Shown here: one piece after another, positions 11,814-26,275 of the stretch
Position numbering within the stretch: the first letter of the stretch is position 1
Layout of the letters: the number at the start of each line of letters is the position of its first letter
Source: Eledone cirrhosa
Lineage: Eukaryota
NCBI GenBank assembly: GCA_964016885.1
Contig: OZ024754.1
Span: 33,976,001-34,040,000 of the forward strand
Reading direction: 5' to 3'
DNA length: 64,000 bases
Translations under genes and position numbers: made by a program
Notes under the pieces: generated by a model
Told to the model about the DNA's origin: nothing
Database searches by the model: none
What the model saw: the letters and a program-made list of their open reading frames with translations, nothing else

Positions 11814-14441
11814 CACATACATTCAAAGTATACCAATAACATGTTTACACACTTCAGGAAAAAAAAAATATATATATATATATACATTCAGTTATTCAAT
11901 AGTACATTTCTTGCATCAAGATATCTCAACATAGTAATTCATCTTTTGTATATATGTATATATATTATAATAATATCCCAGTCAGTTAAATAACTGGATG
12001 GTTGTTTAGTTGTCACAGAATGTGTGACGAATCAGCTTCGACTATCTACAACTAAACAACCATCTGGTTATAAAACTAACCGACTGGGAAATTATAATTG
12101 TTCCTACTTTAGGCACAAGGCTAGCAATTTGAAGGAGAGGGGGGAGGGGGAGTCGATTAAATCGACCCGAGTATATTACTGGTGCGTTATTTTATCGACC
12201 TCGTAAGGACCTCGGAGGGATTTAAACTAAGAACGTAAAGGGCCGTAACTCTATGCTACAAAGCATGGTGTCTGACACTCTACTGATACTGCCAATGAAA
12301 TAATTGTTTCTACTTTTTTGCACAAAGCCAGCAATTATCCCAGTGCATTACTGGTACTTTATTTTATCGACCTCGTAAGGATGAAAGGCAAAGTTAACCT
12401 CGGCGGGATTTGAACTCAGACCGTAAAGGGACGTAACTTTACGCTGCAAAGTACGGTGTCTGACGCTCTACATATGTGTACGCTTAAAATGCCCACTATT
12501 AACCACATTAAAGAAAAGAGGAAGAGTTGTCTCCCGTACAAATCAAGGGACGCTATTCAGCTTAGTTGAAGTATTTCATATAATTATTTTTATTCAACTA
12601 CTTCCTACATGTCTATAGGATAGCTAACTTTTCTAAATTTAATATTAGGGCCAGCTAGACAGCCAGACATGACACAGACCTCAGAGAAGCACATCGTTGA
12701 ACTTTGAAATATCATTGTTTTGTACACATTTTGTAGAATTAAATAAAATATATAATTTCCTGTGATCAATAAACTGACAGCTAACTATTTTTAACATGTG
12801 GAGAGGACTGTATGGTGTTATGGACCTGAAACCATATAGCTACATGTGGAGAGGATGGTATGGTGTTATGGACCTGAAACCATATAGCTACATGTGGAGA
12901 GGGCGGTATGGTGTTATTGACCTGGATTGGCAGTATCGGTAGAGGGTCGGACGCCATGCTTTCCAGCATAGTTACGTCCCTTTACGATCTGAGTTCAAAT
13001 CCCGCCGAGGTTGACTTTGCCTTTCATCCTTACGGGGTCGATAAAATAAAGTACCAGTAATGCACTGGGTAATTGCTGGCCTTGTGCCTAAAGTAGAAAC
13101 AGTTATTGACCTGAAACCATATAGCTACATGTGAAGAGGACTGTATGGTGTTATGGACCTGAAACCAAATAGCTACATGTGAAGAGGACTGTATGGTGTT
13201 ATGGACCTGAAACCAAATAGCTACATGTGAAGAGGACTGTATGGTGTTATGGACCTGAAACCATATAGCTACATGTGAAGAGGACTGTATGGTGTTATGG
13301 ACCTGAAACCAAATAGCTACATGTGAAGAGGACTGTATGGTGTTATGGACCTGAAACCATATAGCTACATGTGAAGAGGACTGTATGGTGTTATTGACCT
13401 GAAACCATATAGCTACATGTGAAGAGGACTGTATGGTGTTATGGACCTGAAACTATATAGCTACATGTGGAGTGGACTGTATGGTGTTACGGACCTGAAA
13501 CCAAATAGCTACAAAGTGAACTCCATAACTATGGTGGACTGGGTACTTTTTTGTTGTGACACCAACATGACAACCTTACAGGGTGGACTGAGTACTTTTT
13601 TGTTGTGACACCAACATGACAACCTTACAGGGTGGACTGGGTACTTTTTTTGTTGTGACACCAACATGACAACCTTACAGGGTGGACTGGGTACTTTTTT
13701 GTTGTGACACCAACATGACAACCTAACAGGGTGGACTGGGTACTTTTTTTGTTGTGACACCAACATGACAACCTTACAGGGTGGACTGGGTACTTTTTTG
13801 TTGTGACACCAACATGACAACCTTACAGGGTGGACTGGGTACTTTTTTTGTTGTGACACCAACATGACAACCTTACAGGGTGGACTGGCTACTTTTTTTG
13901 TTGTGACACCAACATGACAACCTAACAGGGTGGACTGGGTACTTTTTTGTTGTGACACCAACATGACAACCTTACAGTGTGGACTGGGTACTTTTTTGTT
14001 GTGACACCAACATGACAACCTAACAGGGTGGACTGGGTACTTTTTTTGTTGTGACACCAACATGACAACCTTACAGGGTGGACTGAGTACTTTTTGTCGT
14101 GTCACCATAAATAAATATAAATTGCACATTCAAGGTGAGTGTTGTTCGTTCATTAACTGACAGTGATCATGTTCAATACTAATATTGATACTTACCGATA
14201 GCATAGTACTTCGTGTACCGCCAAGGGCTTCGTCCATTTCTAGTTTTTTACCTTTGAATTTATACCAGACTCGTTTGATTTCAAACCGTACCTATAAGGA
14301 GATGGAGAAGAGAAATGGAAAATTAGAAAAAATAAGTTGAAATATATATATATATATATAAATATAAAAATAAATATATATATATATATATATAAATATA
14401 TAAATATATATAAATATATAAATAAATATATATATATATAA

Positions 14442-14472
<31 letters not shown>

Positions 14473-14653
14473 GATATAAATATATATATATATAAATATA
14501 TAAATATATAAATATATAAATAAATATATATATATAAATATATATATATAAATATATATATATATAAATATATATATATATAAATATATATATATATAAA
14601 TATATATATATATAAATATATAAATATATATATATATATATATAAATATCTAT

Positions 14654-14686
<33 letters not shown>

Positions 14687-14875
14687 TAAATATCTATATA
14701 TATATCTATATATATAAATATATATATATAAATATATATATAAATATCTATATATATAAATATATATATATAAATATAAATATATAAATATAAATATATA
14801 AATAAATATATATATATATAAATAAATATATATATATATAAATAAATATATATATATAAATAAATATATATATAA

Positions 14876-14912
<37 letters not shown>

Positions 14913-16543
14913 AATATATATATATATATGAATGTATGTGTAGTATATTTGCCAATATACTGTATGTTTAATTAAAAACATTTAGAAGACCATATGCTAT
15001 CAGCTTTAAAGTAGTGACTATGTCACTTCTTTTCGGCGAAAGAAGGGAGAGAAGCTGACTATCTGTTTCACGCTCGTTGAAACATTGCAACAGAAGGAAG
15101 CAGGGTGAAAGCAGCGATTCTTTGCTTAAACTTTAATCTGTTATTTTAATAAATATTTACTCTACGGTTCTTATATGTTTGATATATATTTATCCTTATC
15201 GAACCCTCTTTGGATTTTAGTCTTCAAATTTATTATTATTACTATATATATATATATATATGCACATATATATACATATATATATATATAAATATATATA
15301 GTGTAGGTAGTACAGTGAAATACTGGTGTTGGTACCAAATCAAGCACTCTATGCGTTTTTTCTATCATAAATAAATGATATATATATATATATATACACA
15401 CACACATATATATATATAAAAGTTATATCTGTACAAGTACATAGTTTTCAACCACATAGTTTAGGGCTCATGATATGATCCACTAAATCTCTTTAAAGCA
15501 GTGCACTAAACATGAGAAACATCTAATGACTGACACCAGTATAAGATTAAAAGAATGTGATATGCTTGTACCATTTCAGATACAAAGGTGTTATAAGCTG
15601 AGCAAACACTTTTGAAAGGAAAGACAGGATCTTGAAATTCATATTGAATTTGTGTAAAACCTTTCTTTTAGAATCTACATGTCATCAATTAAATCCCTTC
15701 AAGGTGATGCTGCAGCATGACCATGCAATAATGTCTGAAAGCAGTCAAAGAATAAAATGAAAAGTCAAAGAATTATTAACTTACTGGTCGGCTACAAATA
15801 ACATAGAACACAAAAATGAAGACTCCCATGAAGCCGCTCATGATTGCAAAGAGGTAGTGGAAAGCTGAATAATTCTGGTTAACTGAGAGGAGAGCAAACA
15901 CCCAGTTGGCAGCAGACATTGGCAGTAGTAAGGAAGCTACCAGAAGACTCTCTCTGAAGAAATGGAAAAATAAAAAAAAGTAAATATATTGTCTATATGC
16001 TGAAGCATATAGACAATATGCCCCCACACCCTCCCACTGCAAAGTGGTCGTGGAGGGGCCACGGCAAAAAAGCACCCAGCCCACACTGTAAAGTGGACGT
16101 GTAGGCACCACGAAAAAAGCACCCAGCACTCACTGTAAATGAGGTTGGTGTTAGGAAGGGCATCCAGCTGTAGAAACCAAGCCAAAATCAGTTCCTGTAT
16201 GAGTAAGGCATGGTCAGCCGACCAGACACTGCCGACAACAGGACAACCCGTCTAACCCATGCTAGCATGGAAGAACGGACGTAAAACGGTAATGATGATG
16301 ATGATGATGATGATATATATATATTTATATATATATATGGTGAAATAAGATAACAAGGACAATTGATTATTCCTTCATTACGTTTATTGGTTGGTGACGC
16401 GCGTTTCGCCACTGATCAGCTCAAGGTTTGATCTGTATTGATCTGTATCAATCTGACCCGACTCTGTAATCCGTGGCTCGTCAGACCCCTTGTAATGTTA
16501 ATGGAAAAATGAATACATGCTATATGATAAAGTCAGAAGTTCC

Positions 16544-16576
<33 letters not shown>

Positions 16577-19500
16577 TTTAAAAAAAGAATTGATAAAAGA
16601 TATACATGTGAATATCAGTTCCTGTATTAACCTTTTAGCATCATTTAAACTGGCTGTATCCGGCCAGAATACTCTCACCCCTTTCTGTTCAAATTGGCCG
16701 TAACTGGTTGCTCATACTTATGTTAAAGTATTGTTCTCAAAATAAATAATATCAAAATCTCATATTATGTGAGATAATTATGTAAGATAAAGCCTTTACC
16801 ACAAAAATACAATATTAAATATGGAGTAATGCAAATGCTAAAGGGTTAAGATTTTCGTTACCCTATTTCTAATGAAAGACACTAACTATGTGTTTCAAAT
16901 CATTTTGAAAATAATCAAGAATTTGGTTGAATTTAGTAATATAATTAACTTCCTCATGATTAAGCTGCTGTGAGGGTGGTGGATTGGCAGTATTGGTAGA
17001 ACATCGGACAACATGCTTTGTGGCATATAGCTATGTCCCTTTATGTTCTGAATTCAAATCATGCCAAGGTTAGCTTTGACTTTCATCCTTACTGGGTGGA
17101 TAAAATAAGGTACCAGTAACACAGTGGAGTCAATTTAATCGACTTTCTCCTCCCCCAAAATGGTTGGCATTGTGCCTAAATCAGAAACCATGATTAAGCT
17201 GATGTTTGGAACATAACTTTTAAATTAACTAATTTGTTATATCGTCTCTTATGAAAGACACTGTATGTTTCAAATCAATTTGAAAATAATCAAGTATTTT
17301 GAGGGATTTACTTTCTATTTATTAACTTTCTTATTATTACCTGGTGTTTGGAACATAACTTAACAACAGCTCTTACATGAAATTACAATAGAAGGTTTTT
17401 AGAGAAATATAGTATTAAAGAGATAAAGTTCCAGCTAGTAGGTCATCTTGCTGCAATTCTTATAAGTTATTTGCACACCCATATTGCTGAGTCTTACTAA
17501 AAATGATATTTTTTATTCATGTTAGCAGAGAAAACGGACATTAAACAATGATGATGGAGATGACACAGGTTTCCATTTCTAAAATAGTCTTTCCATTGCT
17601 GATACTATCTGCCAGTCACATCTGGCAGAAGAAAGAAGCCAATTGTAAGATTGGATCAAAGACACAATGTTTCCATTGGTCTTTCCATTGTTGATACTAT
17701 CTATCAGTCACAATTCTTGGCAGAAGTAAAAGAGCTGATCATCAGGGTCGACCAAAGAAACAATGTTTCCATTGTTGATACTACTACCTGTCAAGCAGGA
17801 GACGAGGATTCGATTCTCTGTCGGGGAGGTGTAAATCATAAATAATAAGAAAGGAAAAAAAAAGAATGTGATGCATGCCTAGTCCAGGAATTGAACTGAT
17901 GGCATTATGATTGCAAGTTCAACACTAACCAATAGGCCACATGTCTTCACACCGTTAAAAAAATAAAACAACTTACTTTAACATTCCCAGATCTTCATGT
18001 GACACATGGACTTTCTCTCGGCAGCTGGCTTGCCACCCGAGTATACAGGTAAGTACTGAAATCTAAGACACAACATTAACAGACATTAGTAGACATAATC
18101 AACTATGTAAAACACTATACTATTACTACGACTAATTTTGCTGGTACTACTACCACTACCACCACTACTACTACTATTACTAACATCACCCCACACCACT
18201 ACTGCTACTACCACCACCACTACTACTACTACTATCACTACGACTGCTACTACTACTAATACCATCACCCCACCAGTACCACCACCACTGCTACTGCTAT
18301 CACCACCACTACTACTACTACCACCACCACTGCCACTACTATCACCACTACTACCATTACTACCACTACTACTACCATCACCACTACCACCACCACCACT
18401 ACTACTAATATACTACTGCAGCAGCAACAGCAACAACAACAACAAGCATTTTAAGGTTATCTTTAAGTCCATCTTCCCTGCTAAAGCATGAAAAGCTTCT
18501 CCCTTTTACTGTACTCTCTGCATACCCTACTCCCCTCACCAATTCCTTGGCTTTCCCTCCTTCATCATCTTTAGCCATGTCTTTCTTGGTCTTCCTCGTC
18601 CTCTATTTCCTTCCACATTCACTTCCATCATTTCTTTCCCTCTTTTAAAAACCCAGCAGAGCCTATCTCCTCTCCAGGTCTGAATACAATAGATTTCTTC
18701 CTCAAAATTATTAACCATCTCACCAACAACCTATTTGATATCCATGTGTCTAACACACGCGAACATGCCTACAAAGTTAGAAAACAGCACAGCTCCCATG
18801 ACTTTCGGAAACATTTTTTCACACTTAGAGTTGCTGAAGCATGGAACAAACTGCCTGCATCAGTTGTTAGCTGCCGAGACACTGCATCCTTTAAAACCTC
18901 CATGGAACAAACTGCCTGCGTCAGTTGTTAGCTGCTGAGACACTGCATCCTTTAAAACCTCCATGGAACAAACTGCCTGCGTCAGTTGTTAGCTGCTGAG
19001 ACACTGCATCCTTTAAAACCTCCATGGAACAAACTGCCTGCGTCAGTTGTTAGCTGCTGAGACACTGCATCCTTTAAAACCTCCATGGAACAAACTGCCT
19101 GCGTCAGTTGTTAGCTGCTGTGACACTACATCCTTTAAAACCTCCATGGAACAAACTGCCTGCGTCAGTTGTTAGTTGCTGAGACACTGCATCCTTTAAA
19201 ACCTCCATGGAACAAACTGCCTGCGTCAATTGTTAGCTGCTGAGACACTGTATCCTTTAAAACCTCCATGGAACAAACTGCCTGCGTCAGTTGTTAGTTG
19301 CTGAGACACTGCATCCTTTAAAACCTCCATCAGTTGTTAGCTGCTGAGACACTGCATCCTTTAAAACCCTCATGCTTCCCGAAATTCGCCAAAACTACAC
19401 CTGATGTCCCTCTTCCATACACATGCACACGTGTGTATATCATGACTCATGCACTGTTCATTTTCCTGACGTTTGTACATTACCTTATGTACTATACATA

Positions 19501-22500
19501 CACTTTTGATGAGTGTAGTGCACCCAAGCACTGTACACAATATTTTCATTATTATCATTATTATCAAGAGATATAGAGGAAGAATCAACCCCAGTATTAA
19601 ACTGGTACTTTTTTTTATCAACCTCGAAAGGATGAAAGGCAAAGTTGACCTTGGTGGGATTTGAACTCAGAAAGCAGAGAGCTAGAATGAATACCACAAA
19701 ACATTCTATCAGAAGTTCTAACGACTCTGCCAATTTGTTGCCTTCGAGTTACTGGCCAGTGATCTTCTTCTTTGCCCACTTATTCTTGAGAAAGTTGGGG
19801 GGGGGGGCAGAGTCCTCAAATACTCCTACAAGTGGGTCCTGTCAGAAGCAACTGTCTCCAACTTATCCGGATGGATCTCCAAGGTGAGACCAGCCAAGCT
19901 CATGGATGTTAACCAGCAAACTTGCTTGAAGTCTACCCTTGGGTTCTCTGGCTGGTTTTGCCCCGTAAAAATCTGTCCAGTGATTCTTTCCTGAGACACA
20001 CTAACCAGAGAAGGTGCGGTCACTGACAATAAATGTAATGATATGTAATGATAGAAAAACTTACTGCCCATACAACAACTATAGGTCCTGCAAAGCTCCA
20101 TATGAACATATTTTTCGTTGATAACCAGCAACTGAAAAAAGAAAAGAAAAATATATATATATATGAAGGCACATGGCTTAGTGGTTAGAGCATTGGCCTT
20201 GCAATCGAAAGGTTGTGAGTTCAATTCTCAGACCGGGTGATGTGTTGTTTCCTTGAGCAAGACACTTTATTTCACATTGCTCCAGTTCACTCAGCTGTAG
20301 AAATGAGATGATAGGGACTGGGGTCCATATCATTCCACTGCAAAGTGGTCGTGGAGGTGCCACGGCAAAAAAGCACCCAGCACTCACTGTAAATTAGGTT
20401 GGTGTTAGGAAGGGCATCCAGCTGTAGAAATCAAGCCAGAATCAGTTCCCGTCTCACCCTTGCAAGCAGGGAAAAGCGGACGTAAAATGATGCTGCTGAT
20501 GATGATGATGATATATATTTACAAACAAGACTTATGGATTAACAACTAAATTGGTAGAGCGTCAGAGAAAATGCCTGGCGACATTTAATTACAACTCTTT
20601 AATTACTGAGTTTAATAAATAAACAAATGAATAAATAAACAATGCTGATGAGGAGGGGAGAGGGGAGGGGGGGTGATGAAGAGTATCATGATGGTGGGTG
20701 GAGGAGGAGGAGGAGGAGGAAGAAGAGGAACAAATGGTGAGTATGATGATGGAGATGAGGAGTGTATATGATGATGATGTTGATGATGAGGAGGAGGAGG
20801 GGGGAAGAGGAGGATGTGTAAGAGGAAAGTAATGGTGTTATTATATACAAGGGCGGTGGATTGGCAGTATCGGTAGAGGGTCGGCCGCCATGCTTTCCAG
20901 CATAGAGTTACGTCCCTTAACGATGTGAGTTCAAATCTCGCCGAGGTTGACTTTGCCTTTCATCCTTACGGGGTCGATAAAATAAAGTACCAGTAATGTA
21001 CTGGGGTAATTGCTGGCCTTGTGCCAAAAGTAGAAACAGTTATTATACACAAGGATGTAATTTATTGCCACCAGTTTCCTAGTTATTTTTTTTTTTTTAG
21101 TTTCAGAAACAGGGGTGACATTATACTCAATTTGTACATTATACTCAAGAAATACAGTATATGAAGAAATACTTACAACTCAGCTGTTCCATATTGGTCA
21201 GTGTAAAGTCCGACAGCTAAACCAACTATAATACCGGGAATAACTGGAAAATAGGATATAAATATTGGTAAACAAGACACAGTTGAATGAATATTCATAA
21301 TTCCAATAACAACAACTATTTTAACCCTTTAGCATTTAAACAGGCCATATCCATCAAACCAGCTGTAACAGGCCACTCATACTGATGTTAAGGTATAGTT
21401 CTCAAAACAAATAATATCAAAATCTTACAGATTCGATATTAGGTGAGATAATTGTGTGAACTAAAGCCTTTCGTGAAAATATAATAGTAAATATAGAGTA
21501 ATGTAAATAAGGGTTAATGATTTTGTAGTTAGTATTAGGAATTAAGGGATACAGTTCAGCTGAGTTGAGTCAGTCACTTGGCAATAATAGTAAAAAAAAA
21601 ATGTTTTACCACCAAAAATGAATTCCTAACTATTGGTTTGTATGTATGATTAAAACATTAAATTAAATGAGAAATATAATTGGCAAGAACAACAAAATTA
21701 AGTAAAAAATGAAATATTGCTATGTATCTTATTTCTATGTATCATATTTCCTGGCATCAAAGACGCTATCTTTTTCCTAAAATAAGTCTCAAAAATCTAC
21801 CATGCGTCCTGGAGACCAAAGGTTGTTTATTATTTTTTGGCAAATTTTTTTGTTGTCAAAATTAGGGTTCATCCTCAAGGATGAAGCGTCTTCGACACCG
21901 GGAAATATGGTAATTATATGAGGTAAATCCTTTGCCATGAAAATATAATAGTAAATATAGAGTAATATAATTGCTAAAGGGTTAAGGTTATTTTCCCTGT
22001 TAAAGCAAGAGTTAGCAACATTACAGGTCCCGTAATAGGCTTCTTCATTTACATCTATCCCCTAAATCTCACTTCACCAACACCTTGGCTTTCATTTTCT
22101 CCTCTATCATCCACCAGTCATGTCTTTCTTGGTCTTCTTTACTTCCATCATTCTTCTCACAGTCCCTTTCACCCATCCTCAACACATGACCTAACCATCT
22201 CATTCCATTTCTCTTCACAACATTCACCTCTGGCTCTACTGCTGCTTATGGTGATACAGGTGGTAGTGGTGGTAATGGTGATGGTGGTGATAGTGATGGT
22301 GGTGATGGTGATGGTGGTGATAGTGATGGTAGTGGTGGTGATGGCGGTGATGGTGATGGTGGTGATAGTGATGGTGATGGTGGTGATAGTGATGGTAGTG
22401 GTGGTGATGGTGATGGTGGTGATGGTGATGGTGGTGATAGTGATGGTGGTGATGGTGATGGTGGTGATGGTGATGGTGGTGATAGTGATGGTGGTGATGG

Positions 22501-23229
22501 TGATGGTGGTGATAGTGATGGTAGTGGTGGTGATGGTGGTGATGGTGGTGATGGTAATGGTGATGGTGGTGATAGTGATGGTAGTGGTGGTAATGGTGAT
22601 GGTGGTGATAGTGATGGTGGTGATGGTGGTGATGGTGATGGTGGTGATAGTGATGGTGGTGATGGTGATGGTGGTGATAGTGATGGTGGTGATGGTGATG
22701 GTGGTGATAGTGATGTTGATAATATAATGAACATGACGGTGGTGATGGTGATGGTGGTGATAGTGATGGTAGTGGTGGTGATGATGATAATATAATGAAC
22801 ATGACAGTGGTGATGGTAGTGATGGTGGTGGTGATGGTAGTGATGGTGATGGTGATGGTGGTGATGGTGGTGATAGTGATGGTAGTGGTGATGATGATGG
22901 TAAAGATGATGATGATGATGTTGATAGAGGTCATGGCGGTGAAGACGAAATAAACAAATAAAAATGAGAAAAAAAGGAAACAAATAAAGGATCAGGCAGT
23001 GGGGGGGATGAAGAAGAGACTTACCGAAGCCAACAAGGTAATAAAACTTCATTGATCCAGTATTTATATCCCGTATTTCTGTTAACATGCGGTAAATGTG
23101 GAGTATTTCAACAAATAACCAAGCAAATGTACTAATGAAGAAATAATGGAGGAAGATGGCGACAATACGGCAAAGAATCTGAAGAAGAAGAAGAAGAAGA
23201 AAAGAGAAGAATGTTAAATATAACATGTA

Positions 23230-23266
<37 letters not shown>

Positions 23267-26213
23267 AATTACTATACAATAGAGATGTTTATATCTAAGA
23301 ACCTTTCTTAATCTTCAGGATGCTATGGGCGGCACATGGTGCTATATGAGTAATCTCCCCTTAACAGATAATGCAGTGTCAAGGGAAACAACTCAAAAGA
23401 ATTACTAGCATGCTAAAAGTTAAGTTTGTCTGGCTAAGATCTGTTTATGTATGTCAAATGTGGTGCAGTAAATAAATATATACAGATAGCTAGAGAGGGG
23501 GGGGGGGGGGTAGAGAGAGAGTTGTAAAAGTTAAACTTACTTCGGGTTTGGTCCGAGCAACACCAATGAGGAAAAACAACTCAGATAGAAATATGGATAT
23601 GATTAAATTGATACGAATTGTGTTACAGTTTGTGTTGAGGTTTTTCAGGAGGAAAAATATAAGGAAGGAAAAACAAAGACATATCAAGGATATAATAAGT
23701 CCGATGTACGTGACGGCTTTCAGACGAATCGCATTTGTTGGCACATACTGTCAAGAAAAAAGAGAAGAAAAAAAAGACAAAAGTAGAAAATTAGAGAATT
23801 CAATTTCCAAATTCAAAAGAATATCTGAATAAATACGAGGGTCATCTGAAAGTTTCATAGGCTGACCAAGATACTCTCATGGAATGACCAAATGAGGTTT
23901 ATTTTTCAACATAGTCCCTTGAAAAAAAGAATGCAGTTATTTAATAAGAAGAGTTGACAATAATGCATGCAAGATTTCACAGCTCTAGCATCACTCCTTA
24001 CTCTCTCACACACATACTCACATACACACTCACACACACACACACATGCACAAACAAACGCGCACACCTACCCTCCTACACACACTCACACATATACACA
24101 CTTACACATACACCCACACACACTCACACAACCACCCACCCATCCACACACACTGACACCTCCACCAGAATCATGCCTCAGAAGGGAAGATCACCTTGTT
24201 TTTTCTAACGAGACCGTTGCTCCCACCTGAATTAACCCTTTAATGTTCAAACCGGCCAGAATTCTCTACCTCTTTCTGTTGAAACTGGCTGTAACTGGTC
24301 ACTCATACTGATGTTAAATAAATACTTTCAAAATCTCATAGATTCAATATTATGAGGTAATTATGCGAGGTAAAGCCTTTACCATGAAAATATAATAGTG
24401 TACAGAGAGTAATCATCATTTTACGTCCGCTTTTCCCTGCTTGCAAGGGTGGGACGGGAACTGATTCTGGTTTGATTTCTACAGCTGGATGCCCTTCCTA
24501 ACACCAACCTCATTTACAGTGAGTGCTGGGTGCTTTTTTGCCGTGGCACCTCCACGACCACTTTGCAGTGGAATGATAGGGACCTCTGTCCCTATCATCT
24601 CATTTCTATAGCTGAGTAAACTGGAGCAATGTGAAATAGTGTCTTGCTCAAGGAAACAACACATCACCTGGTCCAAGAATTGAACTCACAACCTTTCAAT
24701 TGCAAGCCCAATGCTCTAACCACTAAGCCATGTGCCTCCATAATGTGAATGCTAAAGGGTTAAATGCACCAACTTTGTTCCCTAGCTAACACCTTCACCA
24801 CACCCATCACCGTTCCACTCACGTACACCAGCACATGGATACCATAACACACCTCCGTATTTGCCCTTGAGCACTTCTAGTGCTTACAAGCCCCCACCAC
24901 CATGGCCCAACCACCCCGCACCATTTCTACCCACTACAACACCATGTGGCACTACACTAACCCCACTGTGCGCTCACCTGCGCATGCTACATGAATTTTT
25001 CTCATGCATCCGCTCGCGCACCATTCTCTACAACACTTCCACTGCCCCCACTTTTACATTAACACATGGCAGCAGATGGGCGCCAGTGCACATGCGTTTG
25101 ACTGCACCTGCACGCACAGCCAGCGTACACTGCTAATACTCACTAATCCCCCCCCCCACTAATATGGCCAGGACACCTGCAACTAACATTATAAACATCA
25201 CTAACTCACCCCCACCATACCTACCTACGTGCCCCCCCCCCCTGTGTGGGGGACTTGCATGGCTTCCATTTGCCTGCACTTATGAATGCAGCCAGACATT
25301 GCACATCAGCAACATGGTTTGCGCATGCTCGCACCTATTACACACTTGACACATACACGCCATTGCATGTCCACACTCAACCAATACACATTACCCCCCC
25401 CTCTAACATAGCCAGAACACCCAGACATTCCACAGCTACATCACTAACTCACCTCTCGCCCCCTTACTCCCACATGTGCGCCTGCACGTATATATATATA
25501 TTTATTAAAATAACAGATTAAAGTTTAACCAAAGAATCGCTGCTTTCACCCTTAACGGGATCTTCTGAAACTAAAAAAGTCAATCTGTGAACGCAGAAGT
25601 AAATATTTCAAAAAACATTGCAACCGAAGGAAGACAGGAAGACAATACTTTGGTTCGCTGCGTTCACAGATTGATTTTTTTTAGTTTCAGAAGATCCCGT
25701 TAAGGGTGAAAGCAACGATTCTTTGCTTAAACTTTAATCTGTTATTTTAATAAATATTTTCTCTACGGTTCTTATACATTTGATATATATTTATCCTTAG
25801 CGAGCCCCCTTTGGATTTTAATCTTCAAATTTATTATTATTACTATATATATGTGTATATATATGATAATATGATGATATATATATATATCATCATCATC
25901 ATCGTTTAACGTCCATCTTCCACGCTAGCATGGGTTTGACGGTTTTGTTCCATTTGATGCAGGAATGGTTGGGAGACCGTGCCTCACTCGCACGGAAGCG
26001 TCTCTGGTAGGTTTTATACAGCTGGATGCCCTTCCTAATACCAACCACATTTACAGTGTCGACTGGGAGCCTTTTCACCGTGTCTCCTACACGACCACCT
26101 TACAGTGTGGACGGAATGGGAGAGGGAGGATGGGGTATAGAAGTGGGGGTGGGGGCTGCATTGGGTTAAAAGGTGCCTACTGACTGAGGTTTGTATGCAA
26201 TGGCAGTTGGGTC

Positions 26214-26275
<62 letters not shown>

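Noticed and set aside
18652-18662. CW codons as the ECL2 exon
   Set aside because: Part of an RTE relic; the real CWLS exon is 20065-20131
22236-22934. Extensin-like or poly-His ORFs
   Set aside because: Trinucleotide repeat downstream of a strong donor at 23024
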